The notes beneath the pieces were generated by a model, which was not told the origin of the DNA, did not search any database, and saw only the letters and a list, made by a program, of their open reading frames with translations. Shown piece by piece: positions 11,895 to 21,745 of a DNA stretch of 64,000 nt. This stretch comes from Acidimicrobiia bacterium (lineage in GTDB: Bacteria; Actinomycetota; Acidimicrobiia; Acidimicrobiales; VFJN01): assembly GCA_009694375.1 (NCBI GenBank), contig SHVB01000006.1, positions 51,017 to 115,016 of the forward strand. The letters run 5' to 3'. A program made the position numbers and the translations under genes. Within the stretch, counting starts at the first letter, position 1, and each line of letters opens with the position of its first letter.

Positions 11895-13316
11895 GTGACG
11901 ACAGCGACGAGAGGGTTGGCCGTGGTGGACTCAGGCGCGCAGCGCAAGCGAGCGACGTCCACGTCATCGTTCGGGGTGTCGCGGCGCGAAAACCACGACG
12001 CCAGCGGCTTCTACGCCCGGTTCAGCGCCCCCACCCTGAGCGACGATGCCTTGGTGGAGCCGGCGGGGGTGGTCGATCAGATCTACCTCGGCGACGCCCG
12101 TTCAATGGATCGGGTACGGCCATCCTCGGTGGCCCTGGTGGTTACCTCGCCGCCCTACTTCGCCGGTAAGGCCTATGAAGAAGCACTGGGCGAGGGCCAC
12201 ATCCCCGCCACCTACCTCGACTACCTCACCATGCTCGAAGACGTGTTCGCCGAGTGCGTCAGCAAACTGGAGTCGGGTGGTCGCATTGCCGTGAACGTGG
12301 CGAACCTCGGTCGTAAGCCGTACCGGTCCCTCTCGGCCGACGTGATCGGCATCCTGCAGGACCGGTTGGGGCTTCTGCTCCGGGGCGAGGTCATTTGGCG
12401 CAAGGCACGCGGCGCCGGTGGCAACTGTGCCTGGGGGTCGTTCAAGAAACCGGCCAATCCGGTGCTGCGGGATGTCACCGAGCGCGTCATCATCGCCAGC
12501 AAAGGCCGCTTCGATCGGGCGATCAACCCCACGCAGCGGGCACTGGCGGGCCTTCCCTCTCGCTCCACCACCACGGCCGATGAGTTCATGGAAGCCACGC
12601 TCGACGTGTGGGAGTTGGCTCCCGAGAGCGCCACCCGGGTGGGCCATCCCGCCCCGTTCCCCATCGAGTTACCCGAGCGGCTCATCGAGCTCTACACCTA
12701 CGCCGGGGATGTGGTGCTCGATCCGTTCATGGGCTCGGGAACCACCGCCATCGCGGCGCTGAGAACGGGTCGCCATTACCTCGGCTACGACACCGACGAC
12801 GGGTACGCCAAGGCGGCCCGGGAGCGCATCGCGGCCGCCGCCACCACCCTGGCGGCTACTCCGGCACCCCCTCGACCGAATAAGGCAACCGCCGATGCCG
12901 CCGCCTTGCTGCTGGCGGCCGGGTTCACGCTGGCCGATGCCCAGGCCACCAAGCGGCGGAAGTTTGCCGGCGGGCTCTCGGCCGACTGTCTGGCCACCGA
13001 CGCGCAAGGGGGCGAGTGGCTGGTGCTGGTCGCTGGCGCCAGCACCGTGGCCCGCAGTGGTCTGCGCCGATCTGATGTGCTGTTTCGCACTCTCGGCGAA
13101 GCCGGGGTGCTCACCGCCGCCGGCCATCGGGTGCTGGTACTCACCACCGATTTTCCGGTGAGGGCCTCGTCGGCCCTGGCGGCCGTGCGGGCCGCCCGGG
13201 GTGGGGCCCTGGTGGATGCGTTGGAGTTTTCTGCCGATGGGGTTCCTGAACGCCTGGCGGCCTATGCCCGCGGCGGTGTCCACGCGCCGATCGGCGATCT
13301 GCTCACCGGGCCCTAA
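11895..13316 (+). CDS. Beta-class (motif IV before motif I) N4/N6 DNA methyltransferase with an uncharacterised C-terminal extension
   Basis: Motif [15 protein letters not shown], then [22 protein letters not shown] and motif [26 protein letters not shown]. The start is uncertain: GTG 11895 was chosen because the ORF-track start at 11775 overlaps the icd start. Confidence 0.8.
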   Translation: MTTATRGLAVVDSGAQRKRATSTSSFGVSRRENHDASGFYARFSAPTLSDDALVEPAGVVDQIYLGDARSMDRVRPSSVALVVTSPPYFAGKAYEEALGEGHIPATYLDYLTMLEDVFAECVSKLESGGRIAVNVANLGRKPYRSLSADVIGILQDRLGLLLRGEVIWRKARGAGGNCAWGSFKKPANPVLRDVTERVIIASKGRFDRAINPTQRALAGLPSRSTTTADEFMEATLDVWELAPESATRVGHPAPFPIELPERLIELYTYAGDVVLDPFMGSGTTAIAALRTGRHYLGYDTDDGYAKAARERIAAAATTLAATPAPPRPNKATADAAALLLAAGFTLADAQATKRRKFAGGLSADCLATDAQGGEWLVLVAGASTVARSGLRRSDVLFRTLGEAGVLTAAGHRVLVLTTDFPVRASSALAAVRAARGGALVDALEFSADGVPERLAAYARGGVHAPIGDLLTGP

Positions 13317-13327
13317 CCTCTGCCGCT

Positions 13328-14329
13328 GTGCCTTCCGCCAAGACCGAGATCACCGAGATTGTGACGGGCCTGGCCATCAGCGGAGCGCCCGATCTCACTG
13401 CCGCGCTGGCGGCCCAGGCGGTGGCCAATGTGCCACTGGAGGTCTGGGGCCGTTTGGCTGAGTTGGCCCGGGGGGGTCAGTACCGCGCCGAGTTCGCCGC
13501 CGCCTGGGCCAATGGTCAGGCCTTCTTGGCCTCTCCTGATGGCTTGCGGGGCCGACCGCCGCAGATAGTGGAGTGGAAGGGTCCGAGCCGCGCCCCGGGC
13601 GACGAAGTGGTTCCGGCCGATCTTCGGGTCGACCACGTCTGGCTCGTGAGTTGCAAGTATCTCTCCAAGGTGCTGGCCAACGCCGCCCCAAGCCGGCTGT
13701 TTGATCGGGGCCTGGCGGGAGGCCCGTCGCGCCCGTCGGGCGATTGGTACGAGGAGGTGGCGCCCGATGCGTATCAGGCCTTGTTCGCTTTGGTGCGCCG
13801 CGAACTCGGCACCCGCGCCAGCCTTCCGCCGCACGCCGCCGATCTCACGCCGACGCATCGCCGCGAGTTGCGGGCCTACCTCGACGGGGGCTGGTCCCCG
13901 GCGGCTCAGGTGGCCTACCGCGCCCTGGCCGAGGTGGTGAGTCAGGTGTCGGCCCAGCGCTGGAAAGCGGCCACGGCCAAGCGAGCCGAGGCCGAGGCGC
14001 TGCTGTGGCGGCTCCTGCGTATCGGCAGCGCCCCGTATTTCGTGCTGGGCGCGCAGCGGGATCGCTCCACTCGCCTGCGGGTGATGACCCCCTGGGACTG
14101 GCGGCAGGTCTACGAGCTCAAGCGGTTCGATGTGTGGGCCGACGATGCCGGCCAGCCCCAGGTGCGCTGGCAGGCACGCGTGCGCGAGCAGGGCCGCCAC
14201 GAGGACCACGCTATCGACGGCCACGTGGAGGTGCGCTGGAGCCACGGCCGATTCGGAAAGCCCCCCGAAGCCAAGGCCTATCTCGACACGCCGCACCATC
14301 GCGTGCCGGGGTACGTCACCCTGGGGTAG
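13328..14329 (+). CDS. Hypothetical protein; candidate PD-(D/E)xK-like nuclease partner of the upstream methyltransferase
   Basis: 333-aa ORF starting 11 nt after the MTase stop on the same strand. The segment EWKG...PGDEVVPADLRVDHVWLVSCKYLSK resembles an E...PD...SxK nuclease core. Nothing else is recognisable. Confidence 0.4.
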   Translation: MPSAKTEITEIVTGLAISGAPDLTAALAAQAVANVPLEVWGRLAELARGGQYRAEFAAAWANGQAFLASPDGLRGRPPQIVEWKGPSRAPGDEVVPADLRVDHVWLVSCKYLSKVLANAAPSRLFDRGLAGGPSRPSGDWYEEVAPDAYQALFALVRRELGTRASLPPHAADLTPTHRRELRAYLDGGWSPAAQVAYRALAEVVSQVSAQRWKAATAKRAEAEALLWRLLRIGSAPYFVLGAQRDRSTRLRVMTPWDWRQVYELKRFDVWADDAGQPQVRWQARVREQGRHEDHAIDGHVEVRWSHGRFGKPPEAKAYLDTPHHRVPGYVTLG

Positions 14330-14338
14330 GGAACCGGA

Positions 14339-14821
14339 TCACTCGGCTTCGGCGAGGGCCTTGAGGCGATCGAGGGTGGCCGCCATGCCCGTCCGCATCT
14401 CGTCTTCGTGGCCGGTGCCGCCGCCGAGGAACAGGTGGGTGAAGATGCGGGCGACGAGTGGGCGTGGTTTGAAGGCGGTGCGGCTTTCGGTCACCACGGT
14501 GGTGGGGCCATCCGCCTCCAGCCGGTAGGTCCAGCGGGTGCCGCTCGGCTGGGTTTCGAAGGCAAATTCCAGGCCCGGCGTGGCTATCACCACCTTGTTT
14601 TTGGTGGACCAGCGCATGATGCCTCGCCTATTCCGGCCGGTAAAGGAGGCCCCCACCGCCGCCTTGGTGGCGCCACCCCGCCAATGGCCACCCGTGCACT
14701 CCGGGCTCAAGCGACCCATGTGGGCGATGTCGGTGATGATTTCATAAAGGCGGTCAGCCGGCGCCGCGATGAGGCGCGATACCTCGTCGGGGGGCGGGCC
14801 ATCGTCATTGCTGTGGAGCAT
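14339..14821 (-). CDS. SRPBCC (START/polyketide-cyclase-like) family protein
   Basis: 160 aa. VSRLIAAPADRLYEIITDIAHMGRLSPEC...WRGG...FTGRNR is the pattern typical of SRPBCC ligand-binding proteins. Confidence 0.7.
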   Translation of the reverse strand: MLHSNDDGPPPDEVSRLIAAPADRLYEIITDIAHMGRLSPECTGGHWRGGATKAAVGASFTGRNRRGIMRWSTKNKVVIATPGLEFAFETQPSGTRWTYRLEADGPTTVVTESRTAFKPRPLVARIFTHLFLGGGTGHEDEMRTGMAATLDRLKALAEAE

Positions 14822-14897
14822 GTGCAGACCTTACAGAAGCCGGGATAGCCTGTTGTTCTCGCCGCGTCAGCGGCTCTCAGCCGCAGGGGGATCTGCA

Positions 14898-16325
14898 ATG
14901 CTCAACCACGACAAGATGTATATCGACGGGTCCTGGGTGTCGCCGCAGGGAACTGGGTCGATCGATGTCTTCGACTCCACCAATGGTGAAGTTGTTGGCC
15001 GCATTCCGAACGGAAACGCGGCCGATGTGGAGGCCGCCGCCCGAGCCGCCTCCGCTGCGTTCCCGGGGTGGTCGGCCAAGAGTGTGGAGGAGCGGGCCAA
15101 GTTCTGCCAACAAATCTCTGAGGGCCTCGCCGGTCGCGCCGATGAGATCGCCACCATCATTACCCGCGAGGCGGGCATGCCGAAGTGGCTTAGCCTGATC
15201 GTGCAGGCCGGTTTGCCGATCAACGCCTTCGCCACCGCCGGTCATCTGGCGGAGACCTACGAGTACGAGACGACCATCGGGAGCAGCTTGGTGGTCAAAG
15301 AGCCGGTCGGGGTAGTGGGGGCCATCACGCCGTGGAACTACCCGCTGAACCAGATCGCCGCCAAGGTGGCCTACGCCATGGCGGCGGGCTGCACGGTGGT
15401 ACTCAAGCCCAGCGAGGTGGCCCCGCTCGACGCTTTTCTTCTCGCCGAGGTCATCCACGACGTCGGCGTACCGGCGGGGGTGTTCAACCTCGTCAGCGGC
15501 ACGGGGATCGAGGTAGGCGAAGCCATCTCGCGCCATCCCTTGGTGGACATGATCTCCTTCACCGGCTCCACTCGCGCCGGCAAAGCGGTGGTAGTGGCCG
15601 CCAGCGAAACCCTCAAGCGCGTCAGCCTCGAACTCGGTGGGAAGTCGGCCAATATCCTGCTCGACGATCTCGATGACGAGACCTTTGAACGGGCCGTGCG
15701 AGATGGGGTGGGCAAGGCCTTCTTGAATTCAGGACAGACCTGCAACGCCCTTACCCGCATGTTGGTTCCGGCCAGCCGCCTAGAGGCCGCCGAGGGGTTC
15801 GCGGCCGACGAGGCCGAGACGAAGTTCCGGCCGCAGGATCCCTTCGCCGATTTTGCCATGCTGGGCCCTCTGGCCAGCCAGGCGCAGGTGGACCGAGTGA
15901 ATAACTACATCCAAAAGGGCATCGACGAGGGCGCCAAGCTCGTCACCGGGGGAACGGGCGTGCCGGAGGGCCTCGAGGTGGGCTACTACGTCAAGCCGAC
16001 TGTGTTCTCCGAGGTGCGCAACGACATGACCATCGCCCAAGAGGAGATCTTCGGGCCGGTGCTGTCGATTCTTCCCTATGAGACCGAGAGGGAAGCCATC
16101 GCCATCGCCAACGACTCTCCCTATGGCCTCGGCGGCGGTGTGTGGGGTGAGAGCGACCGGGCCAAGGCGGTAGCGCACCAGATCCGCACCGGCCAGGTCG
16201 AGATAAACGGCGCACCGTTCAATCCCGCGGCTCCCTTTGGCGGCTACAAGCAGTCCGGATATGGCCGGGAACATGGCATACACGGGTTTGAGGAATTCCT
16301 CGAGACCAAGTCGATTCAGTTGTAG
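14898..16325 (+). CDS. NAD(P)-dependent aldehyde dehydrogenase
   Basis: Trimmed to the ATG giving MLNHDKMYIDGSWV. Motifs ITPWNYPL, SLELGGKSANI, catalytic NSGQTCNA, EEIFGPVL and GGYKQSGYGRE. Confidence 0.92.
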   Translation: MLNHDKMYIDGSWVSPQGTGSIDVFDSTNGEVVGRIPNGNAADVEAAARAASAAFPGWSAKSVEERAKFCQQISEGLAGRADEIATIITREAGMPKWLSLIVQAGLPINAFATAGHLAETYEYETTIGSSLVVKEPVGVVGAITPWNYPLNQIAAKVAYAMAAGCTVVLKPSEVAPLDAFLLAEVIHDVGVPAGVFNLVSGTGIEVGEAISRHPLVDMISFTGSTRAGKAVVVAASETLKRVSLELGGKSANILLDDLDDETFERAVRDGVGKAFLNSGQTCNALTRMLVPASRLEAAEGFAADEAETKFRPQDPFADFAMLGPLASQAQVDRVNNYIQKGIDEGAKLVTGGTGVPEGLEVGYYVKPTVFSEVRNDMTIAQEEIFGPVLSILPYETEREAIAIANDSPYGLGGGVWGESDRAKAVAHQIRTGQVEINGAPFNPAAPFGGYKQSGYGREHGIHGFEEFLETKSIQL

Positions 16326-16477
16326 GGCCAGGGGTGGCCCGGCCCGGTTGGGGTGCGGTGGTGCCGGCCGGCTCTCGCTGACTGGCGCAGCCGGGGTTGG
16401 GCACCGCTCAGGGGTAAATCGGCCTTGGCTCACTGCGGTAGCCTCCCTAGGCCCCCCGTCGTAGGAGTAGTCACGTT

Positions 16478-17467
16478 ATGAAGGACCCTGTTCGCGTCGC
16501 GGTGACCGGTGCTGCCGGCCAGATCGGCTACTCGTTGCTCTTCCGCATCGCGTCGGGATCAATGTTGGGCCCCGACCAGCCCGTGATTCTGCAGATGCTG
16601 GAGATCACGCCTGCCTTGCCATCCTTGGCCGGCGTGGCGATGGAACTCGAGGACTGTGCCTTTCCGTTGCTCGCCGGGATGGTCCAGACCGACGATGCCG
16701 ATCTGGCCTTCGGCGACGCGGCGGTGGCTCTGCTGGTGGGGGCGATGCCGCGTAAGGACGGTATGGAGCGGGCCGATCTCCTGAGCGCCAACGGCGGCAT
16801 TTTCAAGCCCCAGGGACAAGCGCTGTCGCGCAGCGCTCACCGGGAGGTGAAGGTGCTCGTGGTGGGTAACCCCGCCAACACCAATGCCCTCATTGCGCAA
16901 CACAACGCCACCGACCTCGACCCCAGTCGCTTCACCGCCATGGTTCGCCTCGACCACAACCGGGCCGTCGCGCAGTTGGCGGCCAAGGCCGGGGTACACC
17001 CCAACGACGTGAAGAAGATGACGATCTGGGGCAACCACTCCGCCACTCAGTACCCCGACATCTTTCACTCTGAGATCGGCGGCCAGTCCGGCTTTTCGGC
17101 CGCGGGCTCCGATCAGGTTTGGCTGGAGAGCGAGTTCATCCCCACGGTGCAGCAACGCGGGGCGACGGTGATCAAGGCTCGCGGATTGTCCTCGGCGGCC
17201 TCGGCGGCCAACGCGGCCATCGACCATGTGCGTTCGTGGGCGCTAGGCACGCCCGAAGGGGATTGGGTGTCGATGGGCATCGTGAGCGACGGTTCCTACG
17301 GCACGCCCGAGGGCATCATTTCCGGTTTCCCTTGCACCTGCAGTAACGGCGACTACTCGATCGTCCAGGGCCTCGACATCAACGACTTCAGCCGTGCCCG
17401 CATGGACAAGAGCACGGGCGAACTGGTGGAGGAGCGCGAGGCCGTCCGCCAACTTGGCCTCATCTGA
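16478..17467 (+). CDS. mdh: Malate dehydrogenase
   Basis: [46 protein letters not shown]. Confidence 0.95.
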   Translation: MKDPVRVAVTGAAGQIGYSLLFRIASGSMLGPDQPVILQMLEITPALPSLAGVAMELEDCAFPLLAGMVQTDDADLAFGDAAVALLVGAMPRKDGMERADLLSANGGIFKPQGQALSRSAHREVKVLVVGNPANTNALIAQHNATDLDPSRFTAMVRLDHNRAVAQLAAKAGVHPNDVKKMTIWGNHSATQYPDIFHSEIGGQSGFSAAGSDQVWLESEFIPTVQQRGATVIKARGLSSAASAANAAIDHVRSWALGTPEGDWVSMGIVSDGSYGTPEGIISGFPCTCSNGDYSIVQGLDINDFSRARMDKSTGELVEEREAVRQLGLI

Positions 17468-17487
17468 GCTACCGTCGGCCGCCACCT

Positions 17488-17886
17488 TCACCAGGTGGTG
17501 GCGGCGCGCACCGTCGCGAAGGCATCGCCGATCATGGCGAGGTCGCTGACGTGGTTGAGCACGCTGCGGAGGTCGCCACCGAGCTGCACTCGACCATCCA
17601 TAAACGCCGCCTGCGCTGACAGTGTGCCCTGGGCGATGGCGGCGGCGGTGGGGCGGTCCTGGGTGAAGGAGACATCGGGGTGCTCCACCCGGCCGAGCCG
17701 CACCCGACCGTGCCCATCGGCAATCTCAATCACGTAGGCCACCTCCACCTCGTCGTCGCGCACGACCTGTTGCACCACGAGGCGCAGGTCGGTGGGCAGC
17801 GCCAGGGTGCGGGCGGCGGCGTCGAGGTCGTTGATCCAGGCGGGGGTGAGGAAGGCAGCCAAGATCGGCGACGTTATCGCCGCCAC
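17488..17886 (-). CDS. SCP2 sterol/lipid-carrier domain protein
   Basis: 132 aa ending in the typical SCP2 pattern AAAIAQGTLSAQAAFMDGRVQLGGDL. Confidence 0.65.
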   Translation of the reverse strand: MAAITSPILAAFLTPAWINDLDAAARTLALPTDLRLVVQQVVRDDEVEVAYVIEIADGHGRVRLGRVEHPDVSFTQDRPTAAAIAQGTLSAQAAFMDGRVQLGGDLRSVLNHVSDLAMIGDAFATVRAATTW

Positions 17887-17918
17887 CCCCCGTCTGCGCC
17901 GGGCACTAGGTTCGCCCG

Positions 17919-18263
17919 GTGGACGAGATCGGACGAGGAGCCAAGGTATTCGACCATGCGCCGGTGCGGGGTCGGTTCATGCCGATGAACTCGCCGGATG
18001 ACGTGTTGGCGCTGATGGATAGCGGAGCCGAGGGGGTGGTGGCGGTCGTGCGAGATGCCGGGGCCACCTTCCTGGCGCCGATCTACCATGAATTGACGGC
18101 CATCATCTGCACCAGTGGCACGGTGCGAAGCCACATCGGCATCGTGAGCCGGGAGTTCCAGGTGCCCTGCGTCATGGGTTGTGCCTTTACCGCCCCCGAA
18201 CCGGATTATGGCGGTGAGGTGGAACTCGATTGTTCCGGGGCCGAGGCGGTTGTTCGTGGCTGA
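17919..18263 (+). CDS. Stand-alone PEP-utilising-enzyme mobile (swivel phosphohistidine) domain protein
   Basis: The 114-aa ORF matches the swivel-domain pattern: GRFMPMNSPDD...AVVRDAGATFLAPIYHELTAIICTSGTVRSHIGIVSREFQVPCVMG, with the expected catalytic His. GTG start; internal GTG/ATG alternatives exist. Confidence 0.7.
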   Translation: MDEIGRGAKVFDHAPVRGRFMPMNSPDDVLALMDSGAEGVVAVVRDAGATFLAPIYHELTAIICTSGTVRSHIGIVSREFQVPCVMGCAFTAPEPDYGGEVELDCSGAEAVVRG

Positions 18264-19392
18264 CCTCGCCGATGCCGTAGGTGAGGCCAATCGTCTCATC
18301 GGGTACCACGCGCCGATCTCACGGGTCCTCACCACCGAGCGCACCTCGCTCGAGAGCGCCCTGATCCCGGTGACCGCTTACATCGTGGTGGCGTGCGCCG
18401 AAGCGTTCCTTCGCTACCCGGAGATGATGCGCACCATCGACGCCGCCATGCCCGCCGAGGAGATCGGCCGCCGGGCCCGCCGTCCTGGCTGCCAGGTCGA
18501 CCCCTGCTACCTCTGGTCGATCGCCAACTTTTTCCTGTTGGGTCGCAAGATTCTGGCCATGATCGACCCGGCGGCGGATCGGCCGGAGGATACCGCCTAC
18601 GTGCTCGATTTCTGGGAGCGGGCCGCGTTGGCCTACCGGGGTGATGGCACCCGTCAGGCATGGGACTCGGGCTCTTCGCTCATCTACCCCGGCGCCACCG
18701 TGGCGACGCTGATCCAAGGAGCGACACCGCTGTCGGACGACGATCAGCGCGCCGGGGTGAAGCGATTCAATGCCACCCTCGTCAACTACCTGTTCCTGAT
18801 GTACTTCGACACGCGGGCAGGCTACGGCGACACCGGGCCGTACCCGGTGGCGGGTGCTCCTGGCCACAGCTTGGTCGTGCGCGATTTCTACCGCCTCGGC
18901 CACGGTGACTTTCCGTGGTCGGAGGTGGCCCAAGACCTGCCGTATCACCACCTCACGGCGGCGTTGGTGCTCAACGACGTTGAGAGCACCTTCACCGACT
19001 TCGGGACCTCCAATCACACGCCGGAGGACTACCTCGACGCGCTGGTGGCCTTCGGGCTTTACACCACTGATGGCCTGGCTCCGGGTGAACTACGAGCGGT
19101 CCCGGTCGAGGAGCATGAGGGCATTGTGGCCGCCGTGCGCCGAGCGCAGAGACAGCACTACCGCAACATCGCCGCCATGACCAGGGATGAGAAGATCCGG
19201 GCTGGCGCCTATGTGTATTTCACGTTCCTGCGGCCCTTCGCCGAGGAAGCCGGCGTGGCTGATCAACTCGACTGGAGCGTGCCCCGAGACCTGCCGGGGC
19301 CGATCTATGAGGTGATGTCGGCGATGGAAGGCGACAATGCCGGCGTGCCCGAGGACGAGGCCTACTATGAGCTCTATCCGGAGAATCCATGA
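18256..19392 (+). CDS. Hypothetical protein (no recognisable motif), translationally coupled to the swivel-domain gene
   Basis: A GTG start inside GTGGCTGA overlaps the upstream stop by 8 nt. About 378 aa with balanced composition rich in aromatic and acidic residues, unlike the antisense junk ORFs. Confidence 0.55.
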   Translation: MADLADAVGEANRLIGYHAPISRVLTTERTSLESALIPVTAYIVVACAEAFLRYPEMMRTIDAAMPAEEIGRRARRPGCQVDPCYLWSIANFFLLGRKILAMIDPAADRPEDTAYVLDFWERAALAYRGDGTRQAWDSGSSLIYPGATVATLIQGATPLSDDDQRAGVKRFNATLVNYLFLMYFDTRAGYGDTGPYPVAGAPGHSLVVRDFYRLGHGDFPWSEVAQDLPYHHLTAALVLNDVESTFTDFGTSNHTPEDYLDALVAFGLYTTDGLAPGELRAVPVEEHEGIVAAVRRAQRQHYRNIAAMTRDEKIRAGAYVYFTFLRPFAEEAGVADQLDWSVPRDLPGPIYEVMSAMEGDNAGVPEDEAYYELYPENP

Positions 19393-20339
19393 CCGCCATG
19401 TCTAGCCCCATCGTGCTGACGACGGCCGACGAAAAGGCCCACGCGCCGGGGCTGCCACGCCTGTGGGGTGAGTCCTGGTACTTCGATTTCACCAACCGGG
19501 AAGGGACGCTGGGGGGCTATGTGCGCCTCGGGGTGTATCCCAACCTGGGGGTGGCATGGTACTGGGCGTGTCTGGTGGGGGAGGGACGTCCTCTCGTCAC
19601 CGTGATCGACCATGAGGTGCCAATACCCAAGGCGGGGTCACTGGAGATCCGAACCGATGGTCTGTGGGCCGACCACACCGTGGAGACGCCCTTTGATCAC
19701 ATGAGCCTCGGCTGCGAGGCGTTCGCAGTGGCCGTGGATGATCCCGCTGATGTGTACGGCGATCTGCGCGGCGATCGGGTGCCCTTCGGATTCGATCTTG
19801 AGTGGGAGACCGACGGCGGTGTGTACCCGTGGATCGGCACCACCCGCTACGAGGTGCCCTGCAACGTGCACGGCGAAATCTTGGTGGGCGACGAGGTGAT
19901 CGACTTCGATGGCATCGGGCAGCGGGATCACTCCTGGGGGGTGCGCGATTGGTGGAGCGCCGGTTGGATGTGGACGGCGGGGGGTTTGGACGACGGCACT
20001 CGTTTCCACACCACTCGGTTGCGAATCCCGGGCCTGGAGAGTTTTGCCCCCGGCTATGTGCAGGCTCCTGGTGGCCGGCCGGTGCAGATCCAATCCTGCA
20101 CGGCGGAGGAGGAACTGGGGCCCCACGGGTTCCCCACCGCCGCCCATCTCACCTGTGGCGAACTCGATCTGGCGGTGGAGCCCGTGGCGTTCAGTCCGGT
20201 TCATCTGATCGATGACGACGGCACCGGGCCGCGCCATGCCCGCTTTCCCAGGGCCCTGTGTCGCTTCGAGGCGAGTGATGGACGCACCGGGGTGGGCTGG
20301 ACCGAGTGGAACCAACCCCCGCCTCTCGACGCCCCCTGA
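19389..20339 (+). CDS. Hypothetical protein, possibly AttH/CrtC-like beta-barrel fold
   Basis: ATGA start/stop overlap with the upstream gene. 316 aa. WGESWYFDF and GQRDHSWGVRDWW resemble motifs of AttH/CrtC-like lipocalin-type domains, but this is recollection only. Confidence 0.5.
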   Translation: MTAMSSPIVLTTADEKAHAPGLPRLWGESWYFDFTNREGTLGGYVRLGVYPNLGVAWYWACLVGEGRPLVTVIDHEVPIPKAGSLEIRTDGLWADHTVETPFDHMSLGCEAFAVAVDDPADVYGDLRGDRVPFGFDLEWETDGGVYPWIGTTRYEVPCNVHGEILVGDEVIDFDGIGQRDHSWGVRDWWSAGWMWTAGGLDDGTRFHTTRLRIPGLESFAPGYVQAPGGRPVQIQSCTAEEELGPHGFPTAAHLTCGELDLAVEPVAFSPVHLIDDDGTGPRHARFPRALCRFEASDGRTGVGWTEWNQPPPLDAP

Positions 20340-20345
20340 GGTCGC

Positions 20346-21038
20346 TCAGCTGATCTGGCTCAGGTCGGTCATGGTCACCGGGAGGGTGGGGGGCCCAGGG
20401 GCCCCGATGGCCAGTGCGGCGCCGTAGCCGGGTATTCCCTGGAGGTCGATGATGGTGAAGTCGGCCAGCCCGGTAGGGCCGTGGAGAAGTTGGGCGGGTT
20501 CCCACGGGGCGCTCACCACCACTTGGTGCGGGTCGATCCGCAGGCCCACCCCGGCGGCCTTTAGAACGGCCTCTTTGCGTACCCACCAGCGGACGAGGGC
20601 GTCGGGGCGTTCGGCGGCGGGTCGGGCGGCCAGCAGGGCCTGCTCGCCGGCGGACAGTGCGAGACGCTCCACACCCGCCCGCACCCCGCCCCAGGGTTCG
20701 AGATCCACTCCTAGCGGTACGTCGCTGACGGCCGCCAGCACGGCGTCAGCAGCGTGCGACAGGCTCACCTCGGGGCCCGGATCGCCCTCCACGAGCACGC
20801 GAGGGCGGCCGTGGGCCTCGCCGCACTGCTCGCAGTGCTGCACCAGAGTCACCGATGATGGAGCGACCCCGGTAGCTTCCGCCACCGTCACCCGTACCAG
20901 CACGTGCGCAGCGCGGAAGCGCGCTCGGTCCTGTGGACGAGCAAAAGCGGCCAGGCGCGATCGCTCGGAATCGCCTAGGAGCGCCTCGCTCGCATCGGGC
21001 GCGTCCGCCCGGGACCATCGAAGCAGCGCCTGAACCAC
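20346..21038 (-). CDS. Sfp-type 4'-phosphopantetheinyl transferase
   Basis: VSLSHAADAVLAAVS..PLGVDLE and WVRKEAVLKAAG (the W/F-x-x-KEA-x-x-K motif). GTG start. Confidence 0.8.
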   Translation of the reverse strand: MVQALLRWSRADAPDASEALLGDSERSRLAAFARPQDRARFRAAHVLVRVTVAEATGVAPSSVTLVQHCEQCGEAHGRPRVLVEGDPGPEVSLSHAADAVLAAVSDVPLGVDLEPWGGVRAGVERLALSAGEQALLAARPAAERPDALVRWWVRKEAVLKAAGVGLRIDPHQVVVSAPWEPAQLLHGPTGLADFTIIDLQGIPGYGAALAIGAPGPPTLPVTMTDLSQIS

Positions 21039-21097
21039 GGTCTGACCGTAGCCACTGATGATCTGACGGCGGTGGGCGCGATCACTAGGTTCTCGTT

Positions 21098-21745
21098 ATG
21101 CCAGATTCGCCTTTAGTGCTTGCCTTGCTCCCCGACTTCCTCGACGGCGCCAAATTGATCGAGTCGGTGGGCCTCATCGGGATCTTCCTGATTGTCTTCG
21201 CCGAGAGTGGTTTGCTCGTGGGGTTCTTCCTGCCTGGCGATGCCCTGCTGTTCACGGCCGGATTCTTCGCCTCGGGCCCGGCCACTGTGGACCAGAGCCT
21301 GCACCTCCCACTCATCCCGCTGCTGGCGGGCATCTGGATCGCCGCCGTGGTGGGTGATCAGGTGGGCTTTATGTTCGGGCGGCGGGTGGGCCCGGCGGTG
21401 TTCAATCGCCCGGACTCGCGTTTGTTCAAACAGGCCAACGTGGACAAGGCCCAGGTGTTCTTCGACAAGCACGGGCCGCGCTCGATCGTGTTGGCCCGCT
21501 TCGTCCCGGTAGTGCGAACCTTCACGCCGATCACCGCGGGGGTGAGCGGCATGGACTACCGCACCTTCGTCCGCTGGAACCTCATCGGGGGCACGGTCTG
21601 GGCCTTCGGCGTCACGATGCTGGGCTACTACCTCGGTCAGGTGGCGGTGATCGAGAAAAACCTGGAACTGGCCATCCTGGCGGTGGTGGCGCTGTCCTGC
21701 CTGCCCATCGTGGTCGAGGTCATCAAGGCCCGCCGGGACCGCTAG
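21098..21745 (+). CDS. DedA/VTT-domain membrane protein
   Basis: [50 protein letters not shown]. Confidence 0.85.
   Translation: MPDSPLVLALLPDFLDGAKLIESVGLIGIFLIVFAESGLLVGFFLPGDALLFTAGFFASGPATVDQSLHLPLIPLLAGIWIAAVVGDQVGFMFGRRVGPAVFNRPDSRLFKQANVDKAQVFFDKHGPRSIVLARFVPVVRTFTPITAGVSGMDYRTFVRWNLIGGTVWAFGVTMLGYYLGQVAVIEKNLELAILAVVALSCLPIVVEVIKARRDR

Noticed and set aside
17467-17520. Imperfect GC-rich hairpin (GCCGCCACC...GGTGGTGGCGGC) between mdh and the convergent SCP2 gene as a terminator
   Set aside because: The stem is imperfect (extra TGG) and overlaps the 3' end of the SCP2 coding sequence. There is too little support to annotate it.
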